A program made the translations under genes and the position numbers. Shown piece after piece: positions 12,756 to 26,827 of a stretch of 64,000 bases of DNA. Below the pieces are notes generated by a model that searched no databases, was not told where the DNA came from, and saw only the letters and a program-made list of their open reading frames with translations. Within the stretch, counting starts at the first letter, position 1. Every line of letters begins with the position of its first letter. The stretch lies in assembly GCF_009914755.1 (NCBI RefSeq), contig NC_060945.1; one strand, 5' to 3'. The DNA is from the human T2T-CHM13v2.0 reference genome, Homo sapiens.

Positions 12756-13421
12756 GGGTCGCATGAGACACCGAGGGAATTCTCAGCCCTTTAATCAGCA
12801 CCCACCTGGAGGGGCACAGGCAGACCCTCCACCGTGTTGAGTATGTGTCTTGAACCATCAGGGTGACATTTGTGAATTCATGGTGAAGATGTGGAAAGGA
12901 AACACCTTTTTATAGGTACAGCATTTATGCCAGTTCTAGGAAGTTCACAGCAATTAGAGAACAAAAACGAAAGAGAAAAACGCAAAGCTTTCCTGCAAGC
13001 CTGCAGGGTCGTCTCTGAAAGCTGCCTCCACCCCTGCCTTGCCCTGTCCGTTTTAGGAAGCCAGTGGCCCCCAACGAAACCCCGACTGTTTAATTCATAA
13101 ACTTCTAACTGTGTGAGAAGGAACAGTTTAACCACAGTGATCGGAGAAATGCTATTTAAAAGAGAGTCTCCTGATGGAAGCGAATCGAAGGTCTAGAGCA
13201 AGACCTACCAGTAACCAGATCACTGCCATTCCTTCCCCGCGGAGACTGGGAATGTTTCTGCGGAAGTGGGCTGGGGTCACGGTCCTCACAGCCCTGAGAA
13301 AGCTCCTTCTTTCCTGCTCCTCTGAGGGGACACCCCAGTGTCCTCGGCCCCAAACTCATGACCCCCTCAGTCCAGGGAAGACCCTTTCCTTCAGCCCCAC
13401 CACCAGACCTCGTCACCTCAC

Positions 13422-13530
13422 CTGGTCCCCAACAGTCACTACTGCCAGGATCAGATCATCTGGGCCATGTCCCCACAGTTGTCCCCAAGCCCTCCTGCCT
13501 CATATCCAGAGACCAGAGAGCAGCGGACAG
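13422..13530 (-). other. TCP10L: Probable non-coding first exon of TCP10L (5' boundary approximate)
   Basis: Donor CCAG|gtgagg at 13422/13421. The ATG exon starts at an acceptor, so an upstream exon is required. Confidence 0.5.
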
Positions 13531-14199
13531 TTCCAACGGACTTTCTGTCTTAAAGGGACATGAACGTCTCACTCAGCGTCACCACTGTACCAGCTCAGAT
13601 AATAATTAAACATCCCCAAACCTGCAATTCTTAATATAGAAGCTCATCGTCAGTGGAGTCCATCCATCCACAAAGGACATTGGAGAGAGTCAAACTACTC
13701 CTCCAAATTGACAAAAACCATGTGTTTTATATCCAGTCTTCAATACGCAACGTGTAGTAAGAGCTCATTTCTCTGAGCATACATTCTTGGAGAAATACAA
13801 ACTTTCTTCGGATATCAAATTATTTACTAGAAAAAACATTTTTATGAAGGGAAAATAATATATGTGAGTTTAAATAGGAGACAGGATTCAAAGTTTCATC
13901 ATTTCACTAAATGCATCTCCATCTGAATTGTCCGTGTGATTTTTGTGATAGAGAAGAGAATGAGGAGCAAGCAAGAGTCGATATTCCTGTTAAACCCTGG
14001 CTGTCCTTCTCATCCATGGTGCTGCGTGTGGACAACATACACCTGGGGCTCACCTGAGCCTGCTTGGGACGTGTGTCACTTGGATAGTTCTGCAAGCGAT
14101 TCGCATGCAATAGGCAGTAAATGCCGACGTCATGAATGAATGAAGAGAATACTACAAAGAGGAAACAGAAGGCACTTTTGTCCCCATGTGTCATTCTAA

Positions 14200-15165
14200 C
14201 TGTGAGAGTGTGTGTGTGTGTCTTGAGGTGTGCGAGTGTGTGTGTGTGTGTCCTGAGGTGCGTGAGAGGTTGTATGTTTGTCCTGAAGTGTGTGAGAGTT
14301 TATATAGGTTTCTGAGGTATGTGAGGGGTTGTGTGTGTCCCTGAGGTGTATGAGGTGTGTGTGGGTCCTGAGGTGTGTGAGTGGTTGTGTGTGGGTCCCT
14401 GAGGTGTGTGAGAGGTTGTGTGTGGGTCCTAAGGTGTGTGAGTGGTTGTGTGTGGGTCCTAAGGTGTGTGAGAGGTTGTGTGTGGGTCCTAAGGTGTGTG
14501 AGTGGTTGTGTGTGGGTCCTAAGGTGTGTGAGAGGTTGTGTGAGTCCTGAGGTGTGTGAGAGGATTGTGTGTGAGTCCTGAGGTGTGTGAGGGGTTATGT
14601 ATGGGCCCCTGAGGTGTGTGAGGGGTTTTATGTGTGTCCTGAGAAGTGTGATGAATTGTGTGGGTCCTGAGGTGTGTGAGGGTTTGTGTATGAGACCCTG
14701 AGGTGTGTCAACATTGTGTGTGAGACCCTGAGGTGTGTGAGGGGTTGTGTGTGGATTCCTGAGGTGTGTGAGGGCTTGTGTGTATGAGCCTGAGGTGTGT
14801 GGGTTCCTTATATGGGTTCCTGAGGTGTGTGAGGGGTTGTGTGTGTGTCCTGAGGTGTGTGAGGGGTTGTGCTTGGGTCCTGGGGTGTGTGAGTGGGTGT
14901 TTGTCCTGAGGTGTGTGAGAGGTTGTGTGTGTGTCCTGAGGTGTGTGAGAGTTTGCGTAGGTTCCTGAGGTATGTGAGGGGTTGTGTGTGTCCTGAGGTG
15001 TGTGAGAGGTTGTGTGAGTCCCTGGGGTGTGTGAGAGTTTGTGTAGGTTTCTGAGGTGTGTGAGAGTTTGTGTAGCTTCCTGAGGTGTGTGAGAGGTTGT
15101 GTGAGTCCCTGAGGTGCGTGAGGGGTTGTGTGTGTCCTGAAGTGTGTGAGAGGTTGTGTAGGTTT
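14200..15165. repeat. ~29-30-bp minisatellite (consensus ~GTCCTGAGGTGTGTGAGAGGTTGTGTGTGG), >30 units
   Basis: Direct tandem repeat; near-perfect 30-bp units at 14400-14540. Confidence 0.95.
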
Positions 15166-16042
15166 CAGGCTTTGCAGCTCCCCTCCTGAGCCTCAGCCGG
15201 GCGGCTCCCAGGGCAGGGTCCCCCCATCCCTGTCTCTGCTGCGGCTCTCTGTGTGTTGCTCTTCCCGGCCTGGCCAGGACATTTTCTTCATTGAGTCTTC
15301 CCCAGATTCTCACCCTGCAGCAACCACGTGCGGCAGCAGGTCAGGGCGGAGGCTCCTGGGCGTTTGGACTGTGGGGCCCTTCTCTTCTCTCTGATAAGGC
15401 CCCGGTTTTCTGTTCAGCCTCGCGGTGCCTTAGCCGCATTTCAGGCATGGTCTTCCAGGGCCCTCTGGTCTGAACATTCTGTAGAGGAAACCACGGCACA
15501 CCTTTCACTCATCTTTTAAAATCAGAAGCCAGTTCCTGAGCTGGCTGCTTGGAGTAGCAGCAGATACACTTTTTAAAGTAGCTTATGTGTTTAAATTTCT
15601 GGTTCAAAGGACTACTTCTATAGTGGTACAGACCCTGACAAAAGAAATCACCTTTTCTAAATATCATCACTGCAAATGGGCAATATGACCTGGGAACTGG
15701 TGAGATGCCATTGAGATTGGAGCCCACCCCACCAGAGCTGAGTGAATTCTTGGATGACTAAATGTCGGAATAAGTTAGGGAGGGGTGCATGTCATCCAAA
15801 GAATGACATGAGCTCACTCTGTGCCTCAAGTGACACAGATCATAGTAGATTCCAGCGAAATACTTGCAGCTGTGTTGAGTTCCTCAAACTACCACAAAAT
15901 TCTTATGGCAAAACTTGTGAGAGGTGAAGATAAGAGAGTGTGAGCCCTGTGATCGAATCCAAATATGAATTGTAAAATATGCCTTAATACTATTACCAGT
16001 AGCTGTAGTGTACAATGATAGAACCAAAAGATAAAGATTTTC

Positions 16043-16369
<327 letters not shown>

Positions 16370-16467
16370 CTAGTTGTCCCGTCAGTGGTGCATTTCAGCA
16401 CACTCAAAACTCCATGTTTCTTTTGGATTTTATGAGCTGAGTCTGAATGTTATAAGTGACACACTCC

Positions 16468-16749
16468 TTTTTTTTTTTTTCTTCTTCTTGTGAGACAAGG
16501 TTTTGCTCTGTTGCCTAGGCTGGAGTGCAGTGGCACCATCTCGGTTCACTGCAACCTTGACCTCTTAGGCTCAAGCAATCCTCCCACCTCAGCCTCCCTA
16601 GTAGCTAGAACTACAGGTTCACACCACCACACCCAGCTAATTTTTGAATTTTTGGTAGAGACAGGTCTCGCTATATTGCACTGGCTGGTCTCGAACTTCT
16701 GGACTCAAGTGATCCACCTGTCTCAACCTCTTAAAGTGCTGGGATTACA
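16468..16749 (-). mobile_element. Alu (J-like)
   Basis: Reverse dimer. Confidence 0.85.
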
Positions 16750-18119
16750 CACTCTTTAAAAATGTTCTCTGTACAATATTTCGTAAAGGTTGAGAATAAG
16801 GAAAGACATTGCCCCTTTAAGCAAAGTGGTAAGGCAACATATAAAAACGACTCAATCCACAATAGTGAGAATTTCCGTTAATTACATTCTAAAGTTTTTT
16901 TGTTTAAAATGAATTGAGGGAGTACAGTATGCTCTTCAAGATAATGAACAGAGAAAAATGCCCAATGACTGCTAGCCATCCCAATAATGTATTTACTCTA
17001 CGTTGTGTTATTTTGTTTCTGCAGTAGGACCCAACTGATTAGAAAGGAAATTACATAGTCAGTGACCAGCTGAGACTGAGTACGGACAGAGGAAGAAGCT
17101 AACTTACATCTAAAGAGACCTGAAGTCAGGAGACATTTCTAGATAAACCCCTCAGCCAGATAACATCAACCCATGACTTCCAATACCATTGCTGAAGAGG
17201 TCACAGAGGAGAGAGAATCCTGAGAAGATTTTTAAAATCTGAAAGTTCTTGTATTAAAAGAAGTGGGAAGTTTCTTGGTATGTGTATGAAGCCTAAGATT
17301 GAGATAGTGGTACTGAGGGTGGCATGATACCCCATTGAGGCTGGGAGTTTTATTTCTTTTAAGTCTTTCTGTAGGTATACCTCTGTGGGTTCCTGCCACT
17401 TCTAAACCATAGTTATAAGGCCAATAAATACATAAAACAATCTTCCTACTGCTCGCAGGCACCATGCTCTTCCTAATAGCTCTATAAGAACCCTTTATTG
17501 CTCGTGACCCTGTGTCCACATTATGCTATCTGATTATTCATAATTTTTCTCGGATCTGCTTGATATGAAACATGGATACAGCCATATTTGAAGGAACATG
17601 TTACAGGAAAAGAAACCCCGACCTCGGAATCTGAGGATTTGTATAATTTGGACTTTACACAAAATAATTATGTAATTTTGGGCAAGTCCCTTAATACAGT
17701 ATTTGAACTCAATTTTATTGCCCCTTTTAGGTCTAAACTCTCAGCTGTGAGTACTAATTTGTGGCGTGATGGTGAGGTGAAATGGCAGAGGCCCATGGCA
17801 CATCATTGCAGAATATGCGTTAGACTTTCACAAGTCATCAGTCATGAATTTCAGGATCTGGCTGCTTGTCTTCATGGGAGACGTCAGGTACAGCTTGCAA
17901 TTAGCTAAGGGGTTCATCTTACAATACCTCTAATTACTGCTTTAGCTAAAAGCCCCCATGAAAGACACAAGTTTACCACATCATATGAACCCATGGTAAA
18001 TATTTTGTGACCTGATACTTATCCAGTCAGTGCTCTGTTAGCCAGAACTAAATAGTTGCCAGAAAAATGAAAACTAATATTCATAATACTGGTCTTGAAA
18101 TACTACAAAATCATGGGAC

Positions 18120-18432
18120 AAAATCAGCTAGTCGGGAGACTGGAGTGGGAGGATCACTTGAGCCCAGGAGGCAGAGGCCGCAGTGAGCTGAGATTGTGGC
18201 ACTGGACTCCAGCCTGGGTGAGTGAGTGAGACAATGTCTGAAAAAGAAGGAAAAAGAAATAAAGAAAGAAAGAAAGAGAAAGAAGAAAGAAAGAAAGAAA
18301 GAGAGAGGTAGGGAGGGAGAGAGGGAGGAAGGAAGGAGAAAGAGAAAGAAAAAGAAAGAAAGAGGAAAGAAAGAGAGAGAGAGAAAGAAGGAAAGAAGGA
18401 AGGAAAGAAGGGAGGGAGGGAGGGAGGGGAGA
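18120..18432 (+). repeat. Alu arm followed by ~190-bp polypurine (GAAA/GGAA/GGGA) tract
   Basis: Seen directly; explains the low-complexity ORFs 18111..18554 and 18226..18612. Confidence 0.85.
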
Positions 18433-18499
18433 GGTTTGAAGAGGCTCACTCTGCCTGAAGACAGGAAGGGACCAGGAGCCGAGGCGCTCTCAGCCCCAG

Positions 18500-18800
18500 A
18501 AAGGGCAAGGAAGCAGAGCCCACCTCCAGCCTCCAGAACGAATGAGCCTGCCAAGGCCTGGGCTGTAGCTCCACGAGACTCAGCCAGGATTCTGACATAC
18601 AGAACTGTATGAGAACACGATTGTTGTTTTAAACCACTACGTGTCGGTAATTTGTTACGGCAGAAACTCTTCTTAAATGTGCATTTCTAGGCCTCACCCG
18701 TATAAATTCGGATTCAATAGTCCCGGGCTGAGAATGTGAATTTTTAACAAGCGCCCCAAGTTACTCTGATGAGGTGCCGAGAATAACACTTTAAGAAAAC
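18500..18800 (+). mobile_element. MLT1 (MaLR LTR) 3' fragment followed by a MER5-like fragment
   Basis: cagaactgt..gttgttttaaaccact..gtaatttgttacggcag (MLT1 end); tttttaacaagcgcccca..cactttaagaa (MER5). Confidence 0.55.
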
Positions 18801-20635
18801 ATGGCTGACAGTAAGCAGCAGAAATATGAAGAAATAACCAGCACTACTAACTCTGCACAGACAGAAATGCAGGTTCCAGAGATTGATGAGGCTCTGATGA
18901 TGAAGGGGCATCTGAGCCAGGATGGGTCTCACATTTCCAGCCAGAGAGGAAGGAGGAGGCTGAGTGGCTGCACAGTGGGGAAGCCCGCAGAGGGGAGAGT
19001 CTCCTCTCGGATGCACTGGGTCTATGGCATGGCTGACCAGGTGCCCTAATGCAGGAGGCATCGGAAACTGTGGGCTCGAAGCCAAGCTATAAGCGGCGCA
19101 CTGAAGATACAGAGGAAGAGTTCGCTGCACAAGGTTGATAGTCAAGGGGGAAAAGTTAGATCGGGTAATTGGAGTTATGAGGAGAGCGGAACGGGGCAAG
19201 GATTCCAGTACTGGAGAATGTCTGGTTTACTGTAGCCAAGATATTTTAGTTTAGGGCATAATTTAAAATGCTCCCTTGACTCCTCCACCCCATGGAAGGT
19301 CTCAGGTTGAGGGGCCCAGCTAGTCCTGAATGAGGTCCTCTGTGACCACCAGCTCCTCTTCTCTCCTTCCCTCTGCCATAGTGAAGCTCTCTATTGTGGG
19401 ATTTGGGCATATGAGGGGCAGGCCCACCTCCCCTAGATGTCACCTCTCTGCCTTCTGAGTATCAAGTCAGTCTCTTTCTCCCTAAGCCTCCCAAACTGTG
19501 GGGACTTACGTGTCAGTGTCATTTCAGTTGTTGTATGATTATAGATACATGAAAAAGGAATATTTAAAAATTGTCCTGACCTCCCTCCTCCCGACCCCTG
19601 TAGGAACCCACCACTTAACCACACAAGGGCCCAACTCATCGAGCATTACAGCTTGGGGAAGAAACGCCAGCCGCGAGCCAGAGAAACAAAAACGAGGGGC
19701 TGTCCCTAAAATGCAGGATCCAAGGGCCTGGAGCTGGAGAGAAATCAGGCAGCACCTCACAGAATCCAGGCTCACAGAAAGTCTGTTTCGATCAGAATTT
19801 AAAACAACCCTCTTCCTGCTGCAACTCTTCAGGCCACTGACAAGGTGACAGGATCACATTTTGTACAGGATACAAACATATTCCCTATGGGTGGACAAAA
19901 CGACCCCGTAGCCCATCTACACCAAGGAGCTGCACCTGTGCCCTGTGTAGCCAGATGCAATTTTCTATTATTGGAAAATCCACTTTAAGTTGTTCCTTAG
20001 CAAATTCTTCCCAAGTACTGTTTCCTTTCCTCAATTCCTGGCCTAGCAAGTCTAGAAAGAAAACAAAAAGAATGTAAAATGTTCTTGGTTGACTTTACTC
20101 TTAATTACTAAAAAGCAAACAGAGAAAATTAAAATCAAACACATGCAAAAAATTCTTCTAGAGCCTTGCACACAATGCCAGTTCTTGAAATATTTCATAA
20201 AGCAAAGCTAATGAAATAAACAAAGACGTGGCTGAAAGGATATGCATTGTACTGTGCTTATGGAGCCACATTGCTCACTGCATCTCTCGCTCCACTGCCG
20301 CCGGGCTCATCTGCCAGAAGCCTGTTCCTGAGCTGATTGGGGTTCTGGTCCAGGGGTCCCAAGGAGCGAGGCCCAAGCTCAGGAGGACAAAGAACGACCA
20401 CCTGGAAAGTGGCAAAAATCTGTAAAAAAATAAAATCTGAGTGGGCCCAAGGGGCACCTGGTCTCAAGAGCAAACGCTGTGTCCAGAGCCTCATGTCCGG
20501 AGGCCCAGCCCGACTCCCTGGCTCTTACAGCCCCGAAGCCCAGAGACCACCCCAGCCCGACTCCCTGGCTGAGACTTCCCGCCCGGATGCCGTGAGATCG
20601 TCCCAGCCCATGCTGAGGTCAGTTTGTGCTGTTAT

Positions 20636-20637
<2 letters not shown>

Positions 20638-20666
<29 letters not shown>

Positions 20667-20948
20667 GAGGAGTCTCACTCTATTGCCCAGGCTGGAGTAC
20701 AGCGGCGCTATCTTGGCTCACTGCAAGCTCTGCCTCCCAGGTTAAAGCAATTCTCCTGCCTCAGACTCCTGAGTAGCTGGGACTGACTACAGGCGCCCGC
20801 CACTACGCCCGGCTAATTTTTTGTATTTTTAGTAGAGACGAGGTTTCACCATGTTAAGCAGGATGGTCTCGATCTCCTGACCTCGTGATCTGCCTGCCTC
20901 GGCCTCCCAAAGTGCTGGGATTACAGGCGTGAGCCATTGCGCCCAGCC
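20638..20948 (-). mobile_element. Alu
   Basis: Reverse dimer with long poly-T. Confidence 0.9.
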
Positions 20949-21002
20949 TCGGGCAAGCCTATTAAAAACTTCCTAGTGTGCCTCCTCATTTGCACAAGGA
21001 TG

Positions 21003-21575
21003 TGTGGTAAAGGGTTAACTCAGCAGGCTTGGGGTGTCCAAACCCTGCACATTCAGAGAAAGGTCTGGCCCTGTCCTTCTTCCCAGAGGATACCCTTTGA
21101 GCCCTTGGATTATCTTGCTTGATAAGAGTGTTTACGTTTACCTGCGGCCTCCAGCCATGGCCAAGAGTTCATGGAGTTCATGTTAACAGTGATTTATGTG
21201 GACCCTAGAGCCACACTACATCAATTTGACCTCTGGGATAGCTGGACTGGGTGACTAGGATTAGCCAGCGGAATGATTCAGGCCTATGTGACCGGCTCCC
21301 AGGAGAAGCCCTGGACCCTAAGGCTCGGGGGCTTCCCTGGCAGGTGGTGTTATGTGCACACTGGCACAGTTGTTGCCGACAGAATTAAGTGCACTGGTGT
21401 CTCCTTCAGGTCAGGACGGCGGGCAGCTCACAGCTGGCCTCTCCTGGACTGTGTCCCAAGCACCTTTTTCCTTTGCTTATTTTAATCTGTGTCCTTTTGC
21501 TATAATAAACAGTAACGTTCTGTGAATCCTTCTAGTGAATCATTGACCCTGAGGGTTGTTGGGGGCGTCAGACAC
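21003..21575 (+). mobile_element. ERVL-class LTR (MER77/MER21 group)
   Basis: Starts tgtggtaaagggttaactcagcagg..ccaaaccctgcacattc; ends cttctagtgaatca..ggggg..gacaca. Confidence 0.6.
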
Positions 21576-23784
21576 AAAGGGGATAAGGACACCTGCCTTG
21601 ACTGCCTCAGAGGGGTCACAGGGAGCTGAGATCCAGCTGTCACAGTGAGGCCATGCAAGTCTGGGGGTTCTTATGACACAGAATTCTAGTGAGGCAAACA
21701 GTACTTTCAGACTGAATAAAGGAGGGGTGTTATTCACTTCCAGCGTCTGTCATCTGCCGAAAGCTACGTGCCCTCTCCACGGAAGATACAGGGGCAGGAT
21801 CTCCCATCCACAGCAGGCACACAGACTCCCAAAGGCCCTGTGCACAGAGCTCTGGATTAGGAACAGATTCCCCCCCCACCGCCCCCCGCCGCCGGGGAGA
21901 GCCCCACACTGCCTTTTCCTCTCAGGATGCCTGACACCATTTAGGGTGGGATGTGGGAAGCTGGCTTCAGGATCAGACCTGAAGACAAGTAGCTGACCTG
22001 GGGGTTGAGCCAGGGCTCACACCTAGGCCCTTCTCCAGGGGGGTTTACCAAAACCAGCCCCATGTCCTGTAGACCTGACTTTTGTCAACACACACATATA
22101 TCCTCCCCTTATGCACAGGTGTTTATGTAAAAGCAATGTATGTTTATATGCCAAGGTGACTTAAAAATTACAAAGTGCGGTACAAACATGTTATTTACGT
22201 TGTGATGAGGATGACAAGGTTTGGATTTCATGCTGTGTGTAATGATGTCAGTTGGAGTTCTTCTTGGGATAAAGGAGGGCAGGCGGTCAGCACAGTTCCT
22301 GTTCTGTGAATCAAGGACCTTCGTTCAAGCAGTCCTTACTGGACACCTGTGTCCTCATCCTTGCTAATACGCCAACCAGCCACACACACTGCACCACAGA
22401 GTCCCTATGTCATACCAGCCCTGCAGGCACCTGTTTCTTGGCACCAAGTGTCTTTCATGAGTGTGAACCCATCTGATGTTAGTGGCCAGTGGGGAAAATG
22501 CCCATGGGAAGTGGAGTGTCGGGGGAGCCCGAGCCTGTGGCCTGGCCATTCTGCACAGTGAGTTGCGGCCAGTACGTTATGTGCTGATGCAATTCATAGC
22601 TGCTCAGCACGACTCTGCCCAGATTCCGTTTATTATCCTACTAAATAATTATTTTCATTGTCTTCATCTTTTTAATTGCACTACTGATGTCTTTATCTTA
22701 AAATCTGAAGAAGGCTCTCTCCATGGGGCAGACTTTGTCATTTACAAGCTAACTGGTGAGAAATTGAAGGGGAAAGTGCGATCACGTTAAGTGCCTTTGG
22801 AAGACCACAATCGGGATGCACAATCACTCAATTATAACTTGGTGGGAAGGGAAGCAGGGAGGTTTGAGGAGGTGAGAGGCGAGACTCTGGTTCAGAAACC
22901 TGTGCTCAGGCCTGAGTCCCTCTCATTGGCCGGGGGTCTTGCAGAAGACACGGCCTCTCTCTGAGCTCAGTTCCTGTATCTGCAGGGACCATGACCCATC
23001 AGCCAGTTGGTATGAAGAGTAAATGGGGGAACCCATGGGACAGCGTGCAGGAAACTCCAGAACGCTGCATATTTCTCTGCATTTTGTGTGTATGACAAGC
23101 CATGTGGGGGTTGTTATTTCCATCAAGCACTAGATGAAATCCATTCTGCTCGATTCTATCTAGTTGTTGCCTTCCTAGAAACACAGGAATAACCTGCAGC
23201 ACCACCCCCTTCTGTTCTGTGGCATTGGCACAATCAAGGAATCTACTTTTGTGCTTTTACACATTGAACTGACAGGTAAGGTCAGGCATCGACTGTCACA
23301 GGGGCCAGTGGAGAGGTAGGAGGGACGCCCACATTCGATGAATCCTGCATCACGGTGTTGGACTTCTTGTTCCACGGTGTTGGACACTAAACTTGTTCAC
23401 ATTCAATAACTTGAGCACGAATAAAGGCAGCTCATAGTAATAACACCTGATGGGTACAGGCCCTGTGCTCTGCTCTAAACACTGCTCCTGTTACCCCTAC
23501 AAGACATGGGCCCTGCATTTCACAAACATGAATTCTGAAGACCATGAATAACTGTTCTGGCCCAGCTCTATTGGGCCCTAACTCTGTGCCCGGGGTCGGG
23601 ATGCGGGTTGTATTTGGAGCCCGTTGCAGATGCGGATTCGTCTGCTCCACGCAGGGTGCTCTGACGTACTCTGTGTGGCCTGGAGCTCAGAAACCTGTGC
23701 TGGACTCAGTGCCTGCAGACGCTGCCCCTGGGTAGCTGTTTTCCAGGCGTCAGGAGACATGCTCCAGAGGCTCCAGAAGCACAG

Positions 23785-24433
<649 letters not shown>

Positions 24434-24437
24434 TCAT

Positions 24438-24763
<326 letters not shown>

Positions 24764-25004
24764 CTACATAAATACATACACTGAAAATGCATAATAACTT
24801 CAGCTGCTCTGATACCAAATGCCAACATCCATGAAAATGTCCTACAAGAGAGGGAGGGAGCTGCATCAATTGCGCTGATGACCCTGGGCCAATTGTCCTA
24901 AGATCTGTTAGGTCTGTGATCTGGGAGGGCCCTGGAGATCCTGAGGCAGCAGGTGAGGCCTGAGGCCTGGGACCCCAAACCCAGCTAAAACTAAAAACTA
25001 AAAA

Positions 25005-25460
25005 CTCTTAAGTGTAGAGTTCAGTGATACTCACATTCTTGTGCAACCATCAGCACCATCCATCTCCAGAATGTTTTTATCTTCTCAAACTTAAACTCTA
25101 TACCCATTAAACAGTAACTCTCCATCCTTCCCTGCTGTCCCCAGCCCCTAACAACCATCATTCTGCTTTGTCTCTGGATCTGACTACTCTAGGAACCTCG
25201 TATAAGTGGAATCTTACAGTATTTGTCATTTGGTATCTGGCTTATTTCACTCAGTGTAATGTCATCAAGGTTCATCCCTGTTGGAGCATGTGTCAGGATT
25301 CCCTTCCGTTGTAAGGCTGAATAATATTCCATTGTACGGATACACCACCTCTTGTTGACTCATTCATCCTCTTGTTGACTCATTCATCTGTGGATGGGCA
25401 CTTGGGTTGCCTCCACGTTTGAGTTATTGTGAATCATGCTGCCGTGGACGTGGCTGTACT
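25005..25460 (-). mobile_element. L1M (L1MB-like) 3' fragment
   Basis: cttatttcactcagtgtaatg..aggttcatcc..gctgaataatattccattgta. Confidence 0.75.
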
Positions 25461-25645
25461 GCAACTGGTTTTGCATTTATTTGAATAGGTGGATTTCAAA
25501 GGTACAAAAGACCATCCTGTGAACCGTGACTCCCTCCCAGCCCATCCTCCAGGCCCCCTAGAGTTTTAACCACAAGCAGCCATGGTCACCAGTTTCTTGT
25601 GATCTTTCTAAGAGTATGTGAGCATATGTGCTATGCCATGGTAGA

Positions 25646-25963
<318 letters not shown>

Positions 25964-26326
25964 CTAACAACAGTGCCCTCGTTCCCATGATCTCACAGTC
26001 CATCCAGGGAGACAGACTTGTAACCGAATGCCATGATTACAACCAGCTCAATGGGAGATGAAGAAGGAGGTGTGTTCGGAAACCTGGGAACTGAGGAGGG
26101 AGTGGGCTCTCAACCTTAACATGGGCTGCGGGAGTTGGGCAAGAATCAGAAACAGATTATGTAGATGATACTGGAACTGTGTGGTTTCCCATTTGCAAAA
26201 AAAAATTAAAATTATATTTTACAATGTTAGTATATTCTGAGCATTTTAAGAAGTAAAGTCCACTTTGATAAAAGGAAGAATGTCTATCTTCCTTGTATAT
26301 ATATCTATTCCTATAGAATACCCATT

Positions 26327-26540
26327 TGTGTCTTAGTTTGTAAGAGCTGCCATAACGAAATACCATGGACTGGGTGGCTTAAACAACAGACATTGATTTT
26401 CTTACAGTTCTGGAGGCCGGAGGTCCAATATCACAGCATTGGCAGGGCTGGTTCTTCCCAAGGCCCCACTACTTGTGTTGCAGATGGCGGCCTTCTCCCT
26501 GTCCCTTTCCTCTGTGTACATAGATCCCTGGTGTCTCTTC
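26327..26540 (-). mobile_element. MLT1A/B LTR fragment
   Basis: tgtcttagtt..gctgccataac..ggtggcttaaacaacaga..ttctggagg. Confidence 0.7.
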
Positions 26541-26827
26541 TTCTTCTTTTTTTTTTCTTTTTTTTTTTTTTGTTGAGATGGAGTCTCGCTGTGTCACCCA
26601 GGAGAGCAATGGCATGATCTCGGCTTACCACAACCTCTGCTTCCTGGGTTCAAGCAATTCTCCTGCCTCAGCCTCCCGAGTAGCTGAGATTACAGGCACA
26701 CACCACCATGCACAGCTAACTTTTATATTTTCAGTAGAGACCATGCACCATGTTGGCCAGGCTGGTCTCGAACTCCTGGCCTCAGGTGATCCACTCGCCT
26801 TGGCCTCCCAAAGTGCTGGGATTACAG
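26541..26827 (-). mobile_element. Alu
   Basis: Reverse dimer. Confidence 0.85.

Noticed and set aside
14708-15313. 201-aa His/Thr/Pro-rich repetitive ORF
   Set aside because: It is the translation of the minisatellite.
18111-18612. K/E/R-rich and F/L/S-rich ORFs
   Set aside because: Translation of a polypurine tract and an Alu arm.
25348-25388. ~20-bp tandem duplication within an L1 fragment
   Set aside because: Ordinary replication slippage with no functional context.
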